A stretch of 64,000 nt of DNA from an uncultured Dehalococcoidia bacterium (GCA_903844845.1 CAIMVG010000004.1:30840-94839); one strand, 5' to 3'. Positions 8,860 to 19,779 are shown, counted from the stretch's first letter. Program-made: numbers and translations. Notes: generated by a model not told the origin, from the letters alone.

Positions 8860-9217
8860 CCCCCCTCTTTATCAGATCAGTTCGTCCAGGGTAAACACCC
8901 CTTATCGCCTAATATAAGTCAATCCCGAGGCTGGCACATGGACGCACCGCTCGGGGACCCGATAGGCTCGCCGGCAAGGTTTCAACTAATACCTTGCCCA
9001 TCCTACCGTCTCAGGCACACCTCGAACATACATTATCCCTCAATCATCGCCTTTCTTCAGTAACCCCGGTCACCTAAAAGCCCTTTTGATTCATTTATAC
9101 TTTATGTTAAGTTAGAACCGGGGTTATAAAACCCGCTTCCCTCGTTTCCTTTTTATAGTGTCGGAATGATATTGGCGAATGTCGCTTTGGCACCTTAAAA
9201 AACGGAGACCGCCATTT

Positions 9218-9913
9218 TTATTTCGCGCCTGATTTATTGTTTGCATGTGTTAGATTCAGTTTCCCTTTGTCCATACTGTATGCCCGCGTACAAAACGGCA
9301 CCAGGCCCAAACTGTGGGTTACCATCACGATGGTGACCCCGCTGTCGTTGATCTGTTTAAGCAGCCCCATTATCTCTCGCTCGGTCTGTTCGTCGAGGTC
9401 ACTGGTGGGTTCGTCGGCCAGCAATATCTTGGGTTCGTTCATCAGCGAACGCGCTATCACGGCCCGCTTCTGCTCTCCCGCCGAGAGGTGCCGCGGGTAA
9501 CAGTCAAGCCGGTCGCCCAAACCGAGCATCCCCAGGAGTTCCTTCGCCCGCTTGCGCCCCCCGTCCTTGCTCTTGTTTATAGCGAACGAAGCGGGAACAG
9601 CGATATTGTCGATGATGGTAAGCGAAGGCAGAAGGCTGGGGAATTGGAACACATATCCCATGTCGCTGCTGCGGAGTTTTGACATGTCCCTGTCCGAGAG
9701 GGTTTGCAGGTCGCGGCCTTCGACGAAAACGGTTCCCGCTGTCGGTTTTATCAGCCCTGCAATCAGGTTCAGGACAGTGCTCTTTCCGGTGCCGGACCGG
9801 CCTATCACCATCACAAAATCCCCCTTGCCGATCTCCAGGCTAACTTCCTTGACTGGCGTGATCACCTGCTGGTCCAGGTTGAATTCTTTGGTGACTTCCT
9901 GAAGTTTTATCAT
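9218..9913 (-). CDS. ABC transporter ATP-binding protein (MacB/LolD-like)
   Basis: Contains Walker A GRSGTGKST, signature LSAGEQKR and Walker B ILLADEPTSDLD. Confidence 0.9.
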   Translation of the reverse strand: MIKLQEVTKEFNLDQQVITPVKEVSLEIGKGDFVMVIGRSGTGKSTVLNLIAGLIKPTAGTVFVEGRDLQTLSDRDMSKLRSSDMGYVFQFPSLLPSLTIIDNIAVPASFAINKSKDGGRKRAKELLGMLGLGDRLDCYPRHLSAGEQKRAVIARSLMNEPKILLADEPTSDLDEQTEREIMGLLKQINDSGVTIVMVTHSLGLVPFCTRAYSMDKGKLNLTHANNKSGAK

Positions 9914-9917
9914 GTTA

Positions 9918-11180
9918 TTATTCCCTCGCCGCGATAGCAGGTTCCATGCGGCTTACCCTGTATGCCGGCCATAGAGCTGCCAAAACGACCGTCAGCAGTA
10001 TGAATGCCGTACCCGCGGCCACCATCCCGATGAATGACCCCCATCCGGGGAAGAGGAACGGCATGCCGAGCGACGATGTAATATAAGTCCGGAAGAGATA
10101 GATGACGAATGTTGCCAGCGTCACCCCGATTACAGCCCCGCTGAAAGCCAGTATCACCGCTTCCGCAAGGATCGATCGGAACACGTAAAACCTGGTCGCC
10201 CCGAGCGCCCTCAGTACAGCTATCTCCCTGCGCCGCTCATTCGCAGCCATAGAAAACACCAGCCCTATCAGCACAGCCGAAAGTATCCAGAAAACCACCA
10301 TGATGGCGACAAAGCCCCACAAAAGGCCTGTCATCTGGTGCCGGAACTGCCCGAACATATTGGGGCTTTCGAGAGGGACTACCCCGAGAACGCCTGAGAG
10401 TATATCGAGTGCAACCTTATGCCGGTCGGCCCCCGGAACTATCTTTACCATAACCTCGGAGATTTGTCCTGACGGAATCAACAGAGGTTGTACGGCAGTG
10501 GTAAGGGAAGACTTCGCCATCGCTTCGGCGGTCGCGGTTGACATGAAAAGTGTCTGGTCGATTCCCGTGCCTGTGGCCTCCAGGTTGCCAACAAGATCAG
10601 TATTGTAACCGTATAGTTTAATGGAAGTTTGTCCCGTCGGCACGAATATGTAACTTCCGCCGATGACCTCCCCGGTGTTCAGCGGACGGCCCAGTTCTTT
10701 TTCCAGCCATGGCTTGATGGTGAAATCTGTGGCAGGGTCGTACACCACCAGGAACATCTCGGAAACGCTGCAGCATGCCGCGCCGTAGAGGCTTTGAAGA
10801 TATATCTGGGGCGAAACCGCTTCCACTCCCGGTATGGCCGCGATTTCGGCAACCTTCGAATCGGGCATCCATACGTTGGTCGGTTTGCCCATCAAAAGGG
10901 CTGTTTCAACCTGTGTCTGGGCCCCTTCAGGGACAACCAGGATATCAGCCCCCAGCCTCTGGATGCCCACGTTGAGGCTGTTCTGGGCCCCGCTGATGAC
11001 CAGTGTCGTACCCAGCAGAAAGCTGGCAACCCCGAGCACGCACATGAAGATGACCATGCTCCTGAAAGCGCTGCCCCGGATATTGTTATAGGCCAGGCGA
11101 AATATGCTCATATAGCTCCTAAAACTCCTTGAATCAAAATTTTGATTCAATTTTGGTTTAGTCCCGGTTATTATAGGCAT
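9918..11180 (-). CDS. ABC transporter permease, FtsX/MacB-type
   Basis: 420 aa with an N-terminal TM, a large external domain and three C-terminal TMs (FtsX fold, ...RRREIAVLRALGATR...). It ends 4 nt upstream of the ATPase gene. Confidence 0.9.
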   Translation of the reverse strand: MPIITGTKPKLNQNFDSRSFRSYMSIFRLAYNNIRGSAFRSMVIFMCVLGVASFLLGTTLVISGAQNSLNVGIQRLGADILVVPEGAQTQVETALLMGKPTNVWMPDSKVAEIAAIPGVEAVSPQIYLQSLYGAACCSVSEMFLVVYDPATDFTIKPWLEKELGRPLNTGEVIGGSYIFVPTGQTSIKLYGYNTDLVGNLEATGTGIDQTLFMSTATAEAMAKSSLTTAVQPLLIPSGQISEVMVKIVPGADRHKVALDILSGVLGVVPLESPNMFGQFRHQMTGLLWGFVAIMVVFWILSAVLIGLVFSMAANERRREIAVLRALGATRFYVFRSILAEAVILAFSGAVIGVTLATFVIYLFRTYITSSLGMPFLFPGWGSFIGMVAAGTAFILLTVVLAALWPAYRVSRMEPAIAARE

Positions 11181-11339
11181 CCTCTCATTAAATAACCATT
11201 ACAATTGAACCCTAAATTGTTAAATTGATATGACATTGTGACGGAGAGATAATCCTGCCAATGTTAAGTCATTCACAAGCCCGTGGATGTAAGTAATAAA
11301 AGTAGAACGAAGTAGGCCGATTTTTACGATTGGTATATA

Positions 11340-11882
11340 ATGTTTCGGTTGAACCCGTTTCATATTAAGACAAAGGACAATCCCAGCAGGTCGCAGGAAG
11401 TTCCCGAAGGAACTTTCCGCTGTGACGTATGCAGGTTTGTTCAACCGCTTGGCGGTCTATGCGGCACAGTAAACGACCAGGCCGACAGTACCCCCAGGGT
11501 TTACACCCTGTGCGGCTCCTGCGCCCTGTGGCTGGGCCTCGGAACGTCTCATTTTCAACCGGGCCTCTTTTTCACGTTTTCGCAGAAACAACGCGCGAAA
11601 ATCCAATCGCTTCATCAGGAATTCGACAGCCTCGGTAATTTTGACGGTATCAGCAAAAAGATCAGTGAACTGGCCGCCGAAAATACCGTTAACCTCCGGG
11701 GTGCCGATAACCCTGACCAGAGTTTTGAGAAAGCGCACAGGTCCATGGAGACCGTCCCCAATTTGAGAAGTCTAACAAAATTTCGCTTTTCGATATTACC
11801 AAACAGTTACAGGGACATCTCCGACCGGCTGACCCGGGGTGAACATGTCGATAAACGCGAGATAAAAAGAACGAACCGATAA
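11340..11882 (+). CDS. Hypothetical protein with CxxC...CxxC zinc-ribbon-like motif (weak call)
   Basis: The 180-aa ORF contains FRCDVCRF...LCGSCALW. Its codon usage resembles neighbouring genes, but there is no SD and the ATG overlaps a TATAAT-like hexamer. Competing minus-strand ORFs exist. Confidence 0.35.
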   Translation: MFRLNPFHIKTKDNPSRSQEVPEGTFRCDVCRFVQPLGGLCGTVNDQADSTPRVYTLCGSCALWLGLGTSHFQPGLFFTFSQKQRAKIQSLHQEFDSLGNFDGISKKISELAAENTVNLRGADNPDQSFEKAHRSMETVPNLRSLTKFRFSILPNSYRDISDRLTRGEHVDKREIKRTNR

Positions 11883-12030
11883 AAGGTCTTTCACCGAAGA
11901 AGAAATGATCCATCTCCAAAGCCCGGACCGGGACCCGATGGCGCTATTTCCAGGTTCCGGGAAAATACAATTCCGGTTTGGGATATAATCACATAAACAA
12001 GGATATTGCTGTCTTAAATGGGAGATTTTG

Positions 12031-12552
12031 ATGGAAGTTATCGTATATTCGAGCCCCACCTGACCCTACTGCCACATGGTGAAAGAGTTTCTTTCACGTA
12101 AAGGCATCAGCTTCACCGAGAAAGATGTTTCCGTTGACCAATCAGCTGCCCGGGAACTGGTGAACAGGACCAAACAAATGGGCGTGCCGGTCACCTTTAT
12201 CGACGGCGAGAGCGTTATTGGATTTAATCGTCCGCGCCTTGAGGAGATTTTGACTCAACATCAGTCCGGAAATCCCAATCCTTTTGGGGCTTCAGTAGCC
12301 GATGCACGTAAAATAGCGGCAGGACAAGGGCCAGATTCTGTCTCCGGAGCATATGTCGGCAAAATCAGCACAGGTTCAGCGGCGGAGAAATTGGGACTGA
12401 CGGTCGGAGATATCATTGTTGAGGTCAATTCACAAAACATTGTAGATGCGGCCGGCCTCGCACTTGCCTTATCTAAAATAAAGCCCGGAAACAGGCTTAA
12501 CATCGTCTTTCTCAGGGGTGATAAAAGATTGACCGCTGAAGGTGTTCTCTAA
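12031..12552 (+). CDS. Glutaredoxin-like / PDZ fusion protein with in-frame TGA (candidate selenocysteine) in a UPYC redox motif
   Basis: The track ORF starts at 12076, but ATG 12031 (GGGAG 6 nt upstream) opens the same frame: MEVIVYSSPT-TGA(12061)-PYCHMVKEFLSRKGISFTEKDV...GVPVTFIDGESVIGF, a Grx/NrdH fold. The C-terminal part GAYVGKISTGSAAEKLGLTVGDIIVEVN... is a PDZ domain. Confidence 0.65.
12079..12097 (+). promoter_or_regulatory. SECIS-like hairpin downstream of the in-frame TGA
   Basis: GTGAAAG-AGTTT-CTTTCAC is a 7-bp perfect stem (an eighth A-U pair is possible) with GU in the loop. It starts 15 nt after the TGA. Confidence 0.45.
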
Positions 12553-12717
12553 CGATCCAGAGATTGAATTACCGGCCATCCGAATAGAGCGCCGCCGGAT
12601 TGCGCCGCATCGGCCACCACTAAGAACGGCACAAACCTCAGTGAGCGAAGGTCAATTTAACAGGGCCGCTTCTTCGGTGCTAGACTGTCTTTTGAGTTAT
12701 TTAGCCTTATTCTTTGG

Positions 12718-14457
12718 GTGCTCATGGAGAATGCACACACTATGTTTCTACCGACAACACGAGAGGAACTGGACCGCCTGGGATGGAATGAGCTTGATGT
12801 CATCCTGGTAACAGGCGACAGCTACATCGATAGCCCGTTCATCGGGACAGCAGTCATCGGGAAGGTATTGCAGCATGCGGGCTACCGAGTAGGCGTCATC
12901 GCTCAGCCTGATATTCACTCCGGCTATGACATCACCCGACTGGGAGAGCCCCGGCTCTTTTGGGGAGTGACCGGCGGCAGCATCGACTCGATGGTAGCCA
13001 ATTACACCTCCTTGAAGAAGAAAAGAAAAAGCGATGACTACACCCCCGGCGGCAGCAATAACCGTCGCCCGGACAGGGCCGTCATAATCTATGCCAATCT
13101 GATCCGACGGTACTTCAAGAAGACTAAGCCAATCGTCCTTGGCGGCATCGAGGCCAGCCTGCGGCGCATCGCACATTACGACTTCTGGTCGGACAGAGTA
13201 CGTGCTCCCATCATCTTCGATGCCAAAGCCGATTATCTGCTTTACGGTATGGCCGAGAAAGCTGTGGTCCAACTTGCGGACGCTCTGAGGGATGACGCCG
13301 ACCCGCGAGGCATACGGGGCCTGTGCTATATCGCCGGCGGACATGATAACGACCCAACACTACTGAATTACACGGAATTACCGTCATACGAAACGGTCGC
13401 TGAAGACAAACGGTCCTTCGCCGATATGTTTCGCACTTTTTATCAGAACAACGATGCTCTCACTGCCAAAGGCCTCTATCAAAAGCATGACACACGCTAT
13501 CTTGTTCACAATCCACCCGCTCTGCCACTGACACAGGAAGAAATGGACGGTGTTTACGCTCTGAATTTCGATCACGTACAGCATCCCTTTTACGAGAGTA
13601 TCGGGAAAGTCAGAGCTTTGGAAACCATCAAGTTCGCCATTCCGACCCATCGCGGCTGTTATGGGGAATGCAACTTTTGCGCTATAACCGTGCACGAAGG
13701 GCGCACCGTCCAATGGCGCAGTGAGGAGTCGGTGCTGACGGAAGCCCGGCAACTCACGAAATATCCCGATTTCAAAGGCTACATCGCGGACTTGAGCGGC
13801 CCGACGGCCAACATGTACGGTTTTGAGTGCAAGCATAAACTCCAGCGCGGGGCTTGCCCGGATAAGCGGTGCCTTTATCCAGAGATATGCCCTTCGTTAC
13901 AGGCGGACCACCGGCAACACCTGGAACTGCTCCGCCAAATCCGGAGTGTCGAGGGCGTCAAGAAGGTGTTCGTGGCTTCGGGGATCCGTTATGACCTTCT
14001 GTTGAACGACAAAGAATGCGGCAAGGATTATCTCCGGGAAGTGGTGGAACATCACGTCTCGGGGCAGATGAAAGTGGCACCCGAGCACACCGAGGATCAT
14101 GTATTAGTCAAAATGGGAAAGCCCGGGACAGCCTCACTTGTGGAATTCAAACAGTTATTCGATCGGATGACTTGTGAAGCGGGTAAGGAACAATTCCTGA
14201 CCTATTATTTGATTGCGGCGTACCCAGGTTGTACGGATGAGGACATGAGGCACCTGAAACGGTTTGCCAGCAGGACTCTTAAGATCAACCCGGAGCAGGT
14301 CCAGATTTTCCTGCCAACGCCGTCCACCTACGCCGCACTAATGTATTACACCGGAATGGACCCGTTCACCGGAAAGCCGCTTTTCGTAGAAAAAGATCCC
14401 GTTAAGAAAGAAAAGCAGAAAAATATCGCAGTAGAGAAACAGAAAATCGTCGAGTAG
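12718..14457 (+). CDS. ygiQ: YgiQ-family radical SAM protein (UPF0313)
   Basis: The segment FLPTTREELDRLGWNELDVILVTGDSYIDSPFIG matches the YgiQ N-terminus, and the radical-SAM motif is CYGECNFCAI. The true start may be ATG 12742. Confidence 0.9.
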   Translation: MLMENAHTMFLPTTREELDRLGWNELDVILVTGDSYIDSPFIGTAVIGKVLQHAGYRVGVIAQPDIHSGYDITRLGEPRLFWGVTGGSIDSMVANYTSLKKKRKSDDYTPGGSNNRRPDRAVIIYANLIRRYFKKTKPIVLGGIEASLRRIAHYDFWSDRVRAPIIFDAKADYLLYGMAEKAVVQLADALRDDADPRGIRGLCYIAGGHDNDPTLLNYTELPSYETVAEDKRSFADMFRTFYQNNDALTAKGLYQKHDTRYLVHNPPALPLTQEEMDGVYALNFDHVQHPFYESIGKVRALETIKFAIPTHRGCYGECNFCAITVHEGRTVQWRSEESVLTEARQLTKYPDFKGYIADLSGPTANMYGFECKHKLQRGACPDKRCLYPEICPSLQADHRQHLELLRQIRSVEGVKKVFVASGIRYDLLLNDKECGKDYLREVVEHHVSGQMKVAPEHTEDHVLVKMGKPGTASLVEFKQLFDRMTCEAGKEQFLTYYLIAAYPGCTDEDMRHLKRFASRTLKINPEQVQIFLPTPSTYAALMYYTGMDPFTGKPLFVEKDPVKKEKQKNIAVEKQKIVE

Positions 14458-14528
14458 CGCACTAGACGCTTGTAGTATTAAACAAATAATTCTGACTGTT
14501 GAAAAGCAAAATTCCGCCCAGGATAATA

Positions 14529-14605
14529 TGGTGGGCGATTGAAGATTCGAACTTCAGACCCCAGTCTTATCAGGACTGTGCTCTAACCAGCTGAGCTAAT
14601 CGCCC
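14529..14605 (-). tRNA. tRNA-Ile (anticodon GAU), CCA encoded
   Basis: The reverse complement GGGCGATTAGCTCAGCTGGTTAGAGCACAGTCCTGATAAGACTGGGGTCTGAAGTTCGAATCTTCAATCGCCCACCA folds into a full cloverleaf with all four stems perfect. Confidence 0.95.
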
Positions 14606-14865
14606 TATTTCGCTTCTGTATTCCTGGCTATTCTGTCCAAGTCCTCTTCAATGTGAATGAAGAGCATCACCATCCTGGATACAGCCAGCACCATGATAAC
14701 AGAAAAAGCAGACATTATAAAGCCGCCAAGTACGAAGCCTATTGTGGCTAAGACCGTGGCGGCCCCGATGCCAACTAATACAGAAATCACCGCGCCCACG
14801 GCCCCGATAACCCATGCCAGAATGCCCAGTAATGAAGATGCAATGCGTAGAGTCTGATGTTTCAT
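14605..14865 (-). CDS. Small hypothetical membrane protein encoded between 16S rRNA and tRNA-Ile
   Basis: The 86-aa ORF has two long hydrophobic segments and a charged tail (IHIEEDLDRIARNTEAK). The SD is weak. Its stop codon abuts the tRNA 5' end. Confidence 0.4.
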   Translation of the reverse strand: MKHQTLRIASSLLGILAWVIGAVGAVISVLVGIGAATVLATIGFVLGGFIMSAFSVIMVLAVSRMVMLFIHIEEDLDRIARNTEAK

Positions 14866-14884
14866 CTTGGTCTCTATACAAATT

Positions 14885-14913
14885 CACCTTAACCCCTGGA
14901 TAGCGGAAGGAAG
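14885..14913 (-). other. 16S precursor processing stem, 3' arm
   Basis: caccttaacccctggatagcggaaggaag is complementary to 16534-16562 at 27 of 29 positions, with a 2-nt internal mismatch. This is the typical RNase III-type stem flanking a 16S gene. Confidence 0.75.
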
Positions 14914-14987
14914 ATTGTGTTCAGTTATCGGTCCACCCGAAGGTGGATTCGACCTGGGATGATGAAGCCGAAGCTTCATTACTCCCT

Positions 14988-16485
<1,498 letters not shown>

Positions 16486-16533
16486 AATTAAAAACGCTTA
16501 GAGCGTTAGATTCTTGCTCTTAGTTTCTAAGTT

Positions 16534-16562
16534 CTTCCTTCCGCTATCCAGTTGTTAAGGTG
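16534..16562 (-). other. 16S precursor processing stem, 5' arm
   Basis: cttccttccgctatccagttgttaaggtg pairs with 14885-14913. Confidence 0.75.
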
Positions 16563-16580
16563 CGCGACAAAGCAAGGTAA

Positions 16581-16609
16581 ATAATATCATAGCAGTATGA
16601 CCTTGTCAA
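16581..16609 (-). promoter_or_regulatory. Probable 16S rRNA promoter (TTGACA-17-TATTAT, with TG extension)
   Basis: The minus strand reads ttgaca (16609-16604), a 17-nt spacer ending in tga, then tattat (16586-16581). It lies about 20 nt upstream of the processing-stem arm. Confidence 0.55.
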
Positions 16610-16990
16610 ATAGGCACGGGGCCATCCACTCTAAGCACAAAACGCGCCTACTTTCCAGTGTCTCCTTCAATATAACTTTCGAATTATTTTGCGATAATTT
16701 CATCGGCAGTTTTATGCCTTCATCATATACAAATCGACGGAACAAAATACCCGGTTCATCACTTCTTAGGTTCAGGACGTAACTCAGGTCTGATGATTCT
16801 AAACGATAATTAGAAAACGGAACCAAAACAATAACTTCAAGAGATGCTTGCCTCACCAGTTGCAATGAAATGGAACTATCTCGAATCGGTTATCGATATT
16901 GAATTGCGGCTACAATATGATTGACAGCAAAAACCAAACCGCCGTAAACTCTGATGTGGCTTAAAGCCTGTCTCGAATGGAGGACATTAT

Positions 16991-18367
16991 TTGCCTAATA
17001 TAGAAGATATCGCGAAAGAATTAGCGTCCAAACTGAAAGAACACAAAGCAGACTATATAGAAGCGCACCTCGAAGACAGCGTCTCGAGTTATATCACTTA
17101 CAGGGGCAAGGTACTTGAATCTATCGGGAAAAGCGCTTCGGTGGGAGGCAATATCCGCGCACTGGTAAACGGCGGGTGGGGATTTGTTAGTTTTAACAGT
17201 CTTGAGAACATAGATGAAAGGATTGAACTTGCTGTTCAGGAAGCCCGGATCGCCGGTAAAGGATCGAGCCACCTGGCTAAAATTCCGGTCGTCGTCGATA
17301 CGGCTTCCATTGGTTCAAAACAGAACCCGGTAAATATCCCACTCGCGCACAAAAAAGAACTACTCGATAGTTACAACGCGCTTATTTGGAAAACCCCCAG
17401 GTTAAAAACTTCCAATATAGGGTACGGTGACGCGTACAAAACAAGCATCTTTCTGAATTCGGAGGGCAGTTTCATCCGCCAGGAACGGTCCGATGTTACT
17501 CTGGGCATGGCTGCAATCGCCTCGGACGGAAACCAGGTTCAACAGGCCAACATGAGCCTAGGGAGTCCGGGCGATTTCACCGCCATGGAAAACCTGGAAG
17601 GAGCAGTAAGGGAGATGGCCGCAAAAGCCGTGGGCCTGCTCGCAGCACCTCAAGCTAAAGGCGGCGAATACACAGTAGTTCTTGATCCTGTACTGGCCGG
17701 TGTTTTTGTTCATGAAGCATTCGGTCACCTTTCAGAAGCCGACTTCGTGTATGAGAATGATAGCATGCGCGAACTGATGGTTCTTGGGAAAAAATTCGGC
17801 CGCCCGGAACTGAACATCATCGACGGTGCCGCAGTGCCGGACCTCAGGGGGAGTTTCAACTATGACGATGAAGGGACCCCTGCAACAAAGACCCACCTTA
17901 TCAAAGAGGGTGTCCTGGTCGGCAGGCTGCATTCACGGGAAACTGCGGAAAAGATGGGGGAAAAGCCCACAGGCAACGCCCGTGCCGTCAACTATCGTCA
18001 CCCCCCGATTGTGCGCATGACCAATACGTATATAGAGCAGGGTGAAACCACTTTCGACGAGATGATATCCAGTATCAAGGAGGGTGTATATGCCCGCAAC
18101 TGGTACGGCGGCACCACCAGTATGGAGATGTTCACTTTTTCCGCCGGAGAAGCTTTCATGATAAGGGACGGTAAAATCGCCGAACTCGTGCGTCCGGTAG
18201 TCCTTACGGGCAACGTTTTCGAAACTCTTCAGAACATCGACGCCATCGGTGATGACCTTGCAATGAATCAGGGCGGAGGATGCGGCAAATCAGGGCAATC
18301 GCCCCTCCCTGTCTCCAACGGAAGCCCGCATATCAGGATACTGAAGTGTCTTGTGGGAGGCAAATAA
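16991..18367 (+). CDS. tldD: TldD-family metalloprotease
   Basis: Contains the HEAFGHLSEAD zinc motif and C-terminal GGCGKSGQ. TTG start after a GGAGG SD. Confidence 0.9.
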   Translation: MPNIEDIAKELASKLKEHKADYIEAHLEDSVSSYITYRGKVLESIGKSASVGGNIRALVNGGWGFVSFNSLENIDERIELAVQEARIAGKGSSHLAKIPVVVDTASIGSKQNPVNIPLAHKKELLDSYNALIWKTPRLKTSNIGYGDAYKTSIFLNSEGSFIRQERSDVTLGMAAIASDGNQVQQANMSLGSPGDFTAMENLEGAVREMAAKAVGLLAAPQAKGGEYTVVLDPVLAGVFVHEAFGHLSEADFVYENDSMRELMVLGKKFGRPELNIIDGAAVPDLRGSFNYDDEGTPATKTHLIKEGVLVGRLHSRETAEKMGEKPTGNARAVNYRHPPIVRMTNTYIEQGETTFDEMISSIKEGVYARNWYGGTTSMEMFTFSAGEAFMIRDGKIAELVRPVVLTGNVFETLQNIDAIGDDLAMNQGGGCGKSGQSPLPVSNGSPHIRILKCLVGGK

Positions 18368-18369
18368 CG

Positions 18370-19680
18370 ATGTTGAATATCATTCAACAGATACTCGATA
18401 AAACAGCTGCTCTGGCCCAGTCGGCCGAAGTATTCATGTTCACTTCCGAAGAGACACCCGTTGTTTTCGAAGCCAACCGCCTGAAGAGCCTTCAGAGCAA
18501 AGAGAGCCGCAGCATCTCGCTTCGGGTTTTCAAGAACGGGCGCATCGGATTTGCCAGCAGCAACAAACCTGAAGATATCGACTTCCTTGTGAAGTCGGCC
18601 ATTGAAACAGCCGAATTCGGTGCCAAAGCAAATTTTCAGCTGCCTTCCCAGACAAACTTTTCTGTAGTCGAAGTTTATGACTCCAACACTGAAAAAGTCA
18701 GCCTGGATGAAATGGTAAACCTCGGGAACGGGATGGTTTCGGCACTTACCGAATATACCCCAGACATCCTCTGTGAGGCATCAATCAGCCGGAATACGCT
18801 ATCCATCGACATCGCCAACTCTTCCGGTTTAGAGGCCGCCTACAAAAAAAGCGGGTTCGCCGTCAGCGTCGAAGGTACAGTCATTCACGGTTCCGACATG
18901 CTTTTCGTCGGTGAAGGTGAAAGTTCATGCCATCCCGTGTTGGACACCACCAGAGTGTTGGACAGCGTTCGCCTCCAGTTGGACAGGGCAAGAAACCAGG
19001 CAAAAATAAATTCCGGCAAATTCCCTGTCATCTTCACCCCGGACGGACTGGCCAGCGCCTTCATCTCGCCGCTAATGGCGGCGTTCAACGGGAAAGTCGT
19101 ACTCGAAGGCGCTTCACCAATGGGGAACAAGTTGGGGCAACAGGTATTCGATTCCAAATTCAGTCTTTATGATGAACCAACGATAGCCTTCCAGCCCGGA
19201 AGCCGGCCGTTCGATGATGAGGGCGTTGCATCCGAAAAGCTCGATCTCGTTGAACATGGTATCCCGAAGAATTTTTATTACGACCTTAAAACCGGAGCTT
19301 TAGCCGGTAAAAAAAGCACAGGGCATGGCGGGCGTGCCGGAGGGTTGCCCTCCCCTTCTCCTACGACGATTATTATCAAAGAAGGAAACACTTCCGTGGA
19401 GGAAATGCTCTCGGATATCAAAGAGGGGCTGTATATCGAGGCTCTGATGGGAGCGACACAGGGGAATGTTCTTGGAGGCGATTTCAGTGGTAATGTTCTA
19501 TTGGGATACAAAATAGAACATGGTAAAATAACCGGAAGGGTTAAGGACACGATGGTATTCGGAAATGTCTACCAACTCCTCAAGGACATAGAGGCGATCG
19601 GAAACGATGCGAAGTGGGTAGGTGCAAGGTTGATGGCGCCCGCGATTTACTGCCCCTCCATATCTGTGGCCAGTAAGTGA
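18370..19680 (+). CDS. pmbA: PmbA/TldE-family protein (TldD partner)
   Basis: I take the start at ATG 18370 (MLNIIQQILDK...), 2 nt after the tldD stop. The track ORF start at 18280 overlaps tldD. The fold is PmbA_TldD family without the HExxxH motif. Confidence 0.85.
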   Translation: MLNIIQQILDKTAALAQSAEVFMFTSEETPVVFEANRLKSLQSKESRSISLRVFKNGRIGFASSNKPEDIDFLVKSAIETAEFGAKANFQLPSQTNFSVVEVYDSNTEKVSLDEMVNLGNGMVSALTEYTPDILCEASISRNTLSIDIANSSGLEAAYKKSGFAVSVEGTVIHGSDMLFVGEGESSCHPVLDTTRVLDSVRLQLDRARNQAKINSGKFPVIFTPDGLASAFISPLMAAFNGKVVLEGASPMGNKLGQQVFDSKFSLYDEPTIAFQPGSRPFDDEGVASEKLDLVEHGIPKNFYYDLKTGALAGKKSTGHGGRAGGLPSPSPTTIIIKEGNTSVEEMLSDIKEGLYIEALMGATQGNVLGGDFSGNVLLGYKIEHGKITGRVKDTMVFGNVYQLLKDIEAIGNDAKWVGARLMAPAIYCPSISVASK

Positions 19681-19779
19681 ACATCCGGAAGATTTAACCT
19701 ATTGGAAGCTTAATTGTTAGGTTTTCCATTGTTTGAAAATAAGCATACAATCCATATCTGATGCTATAATCGATTCGAG

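Noticed and set aside
12061-12078. Reading the TGA at 12061 as a true stop (gene starting at ATG 12076) or as a pseudogene lesion
   Set aside because: A start at 12076 removes the beta-1 strand and the redox motif of the glutaredoxin fold. The sequence upstream of the TGA is in frame, has its own SD and ATG, and looks conserved (VIVYS..PYC). It is a single clean TGA with a hairpin downstream. This reading is still possible if the genome lacks Sec machinery, so the point is flagged in the findings.
12748-13836. Minus-strand ORFs of 198 and 150 aa
   Set aside because: They are antisense to the well-supported ygiQ gene.
16587-16865. Minus-strand 92-aa ORF upstream of 16S
   Set aside because: It is AT-rich, has no SD, and overlaps the probable rRNA promoter (16581-16609). 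It is most likely non-coding.
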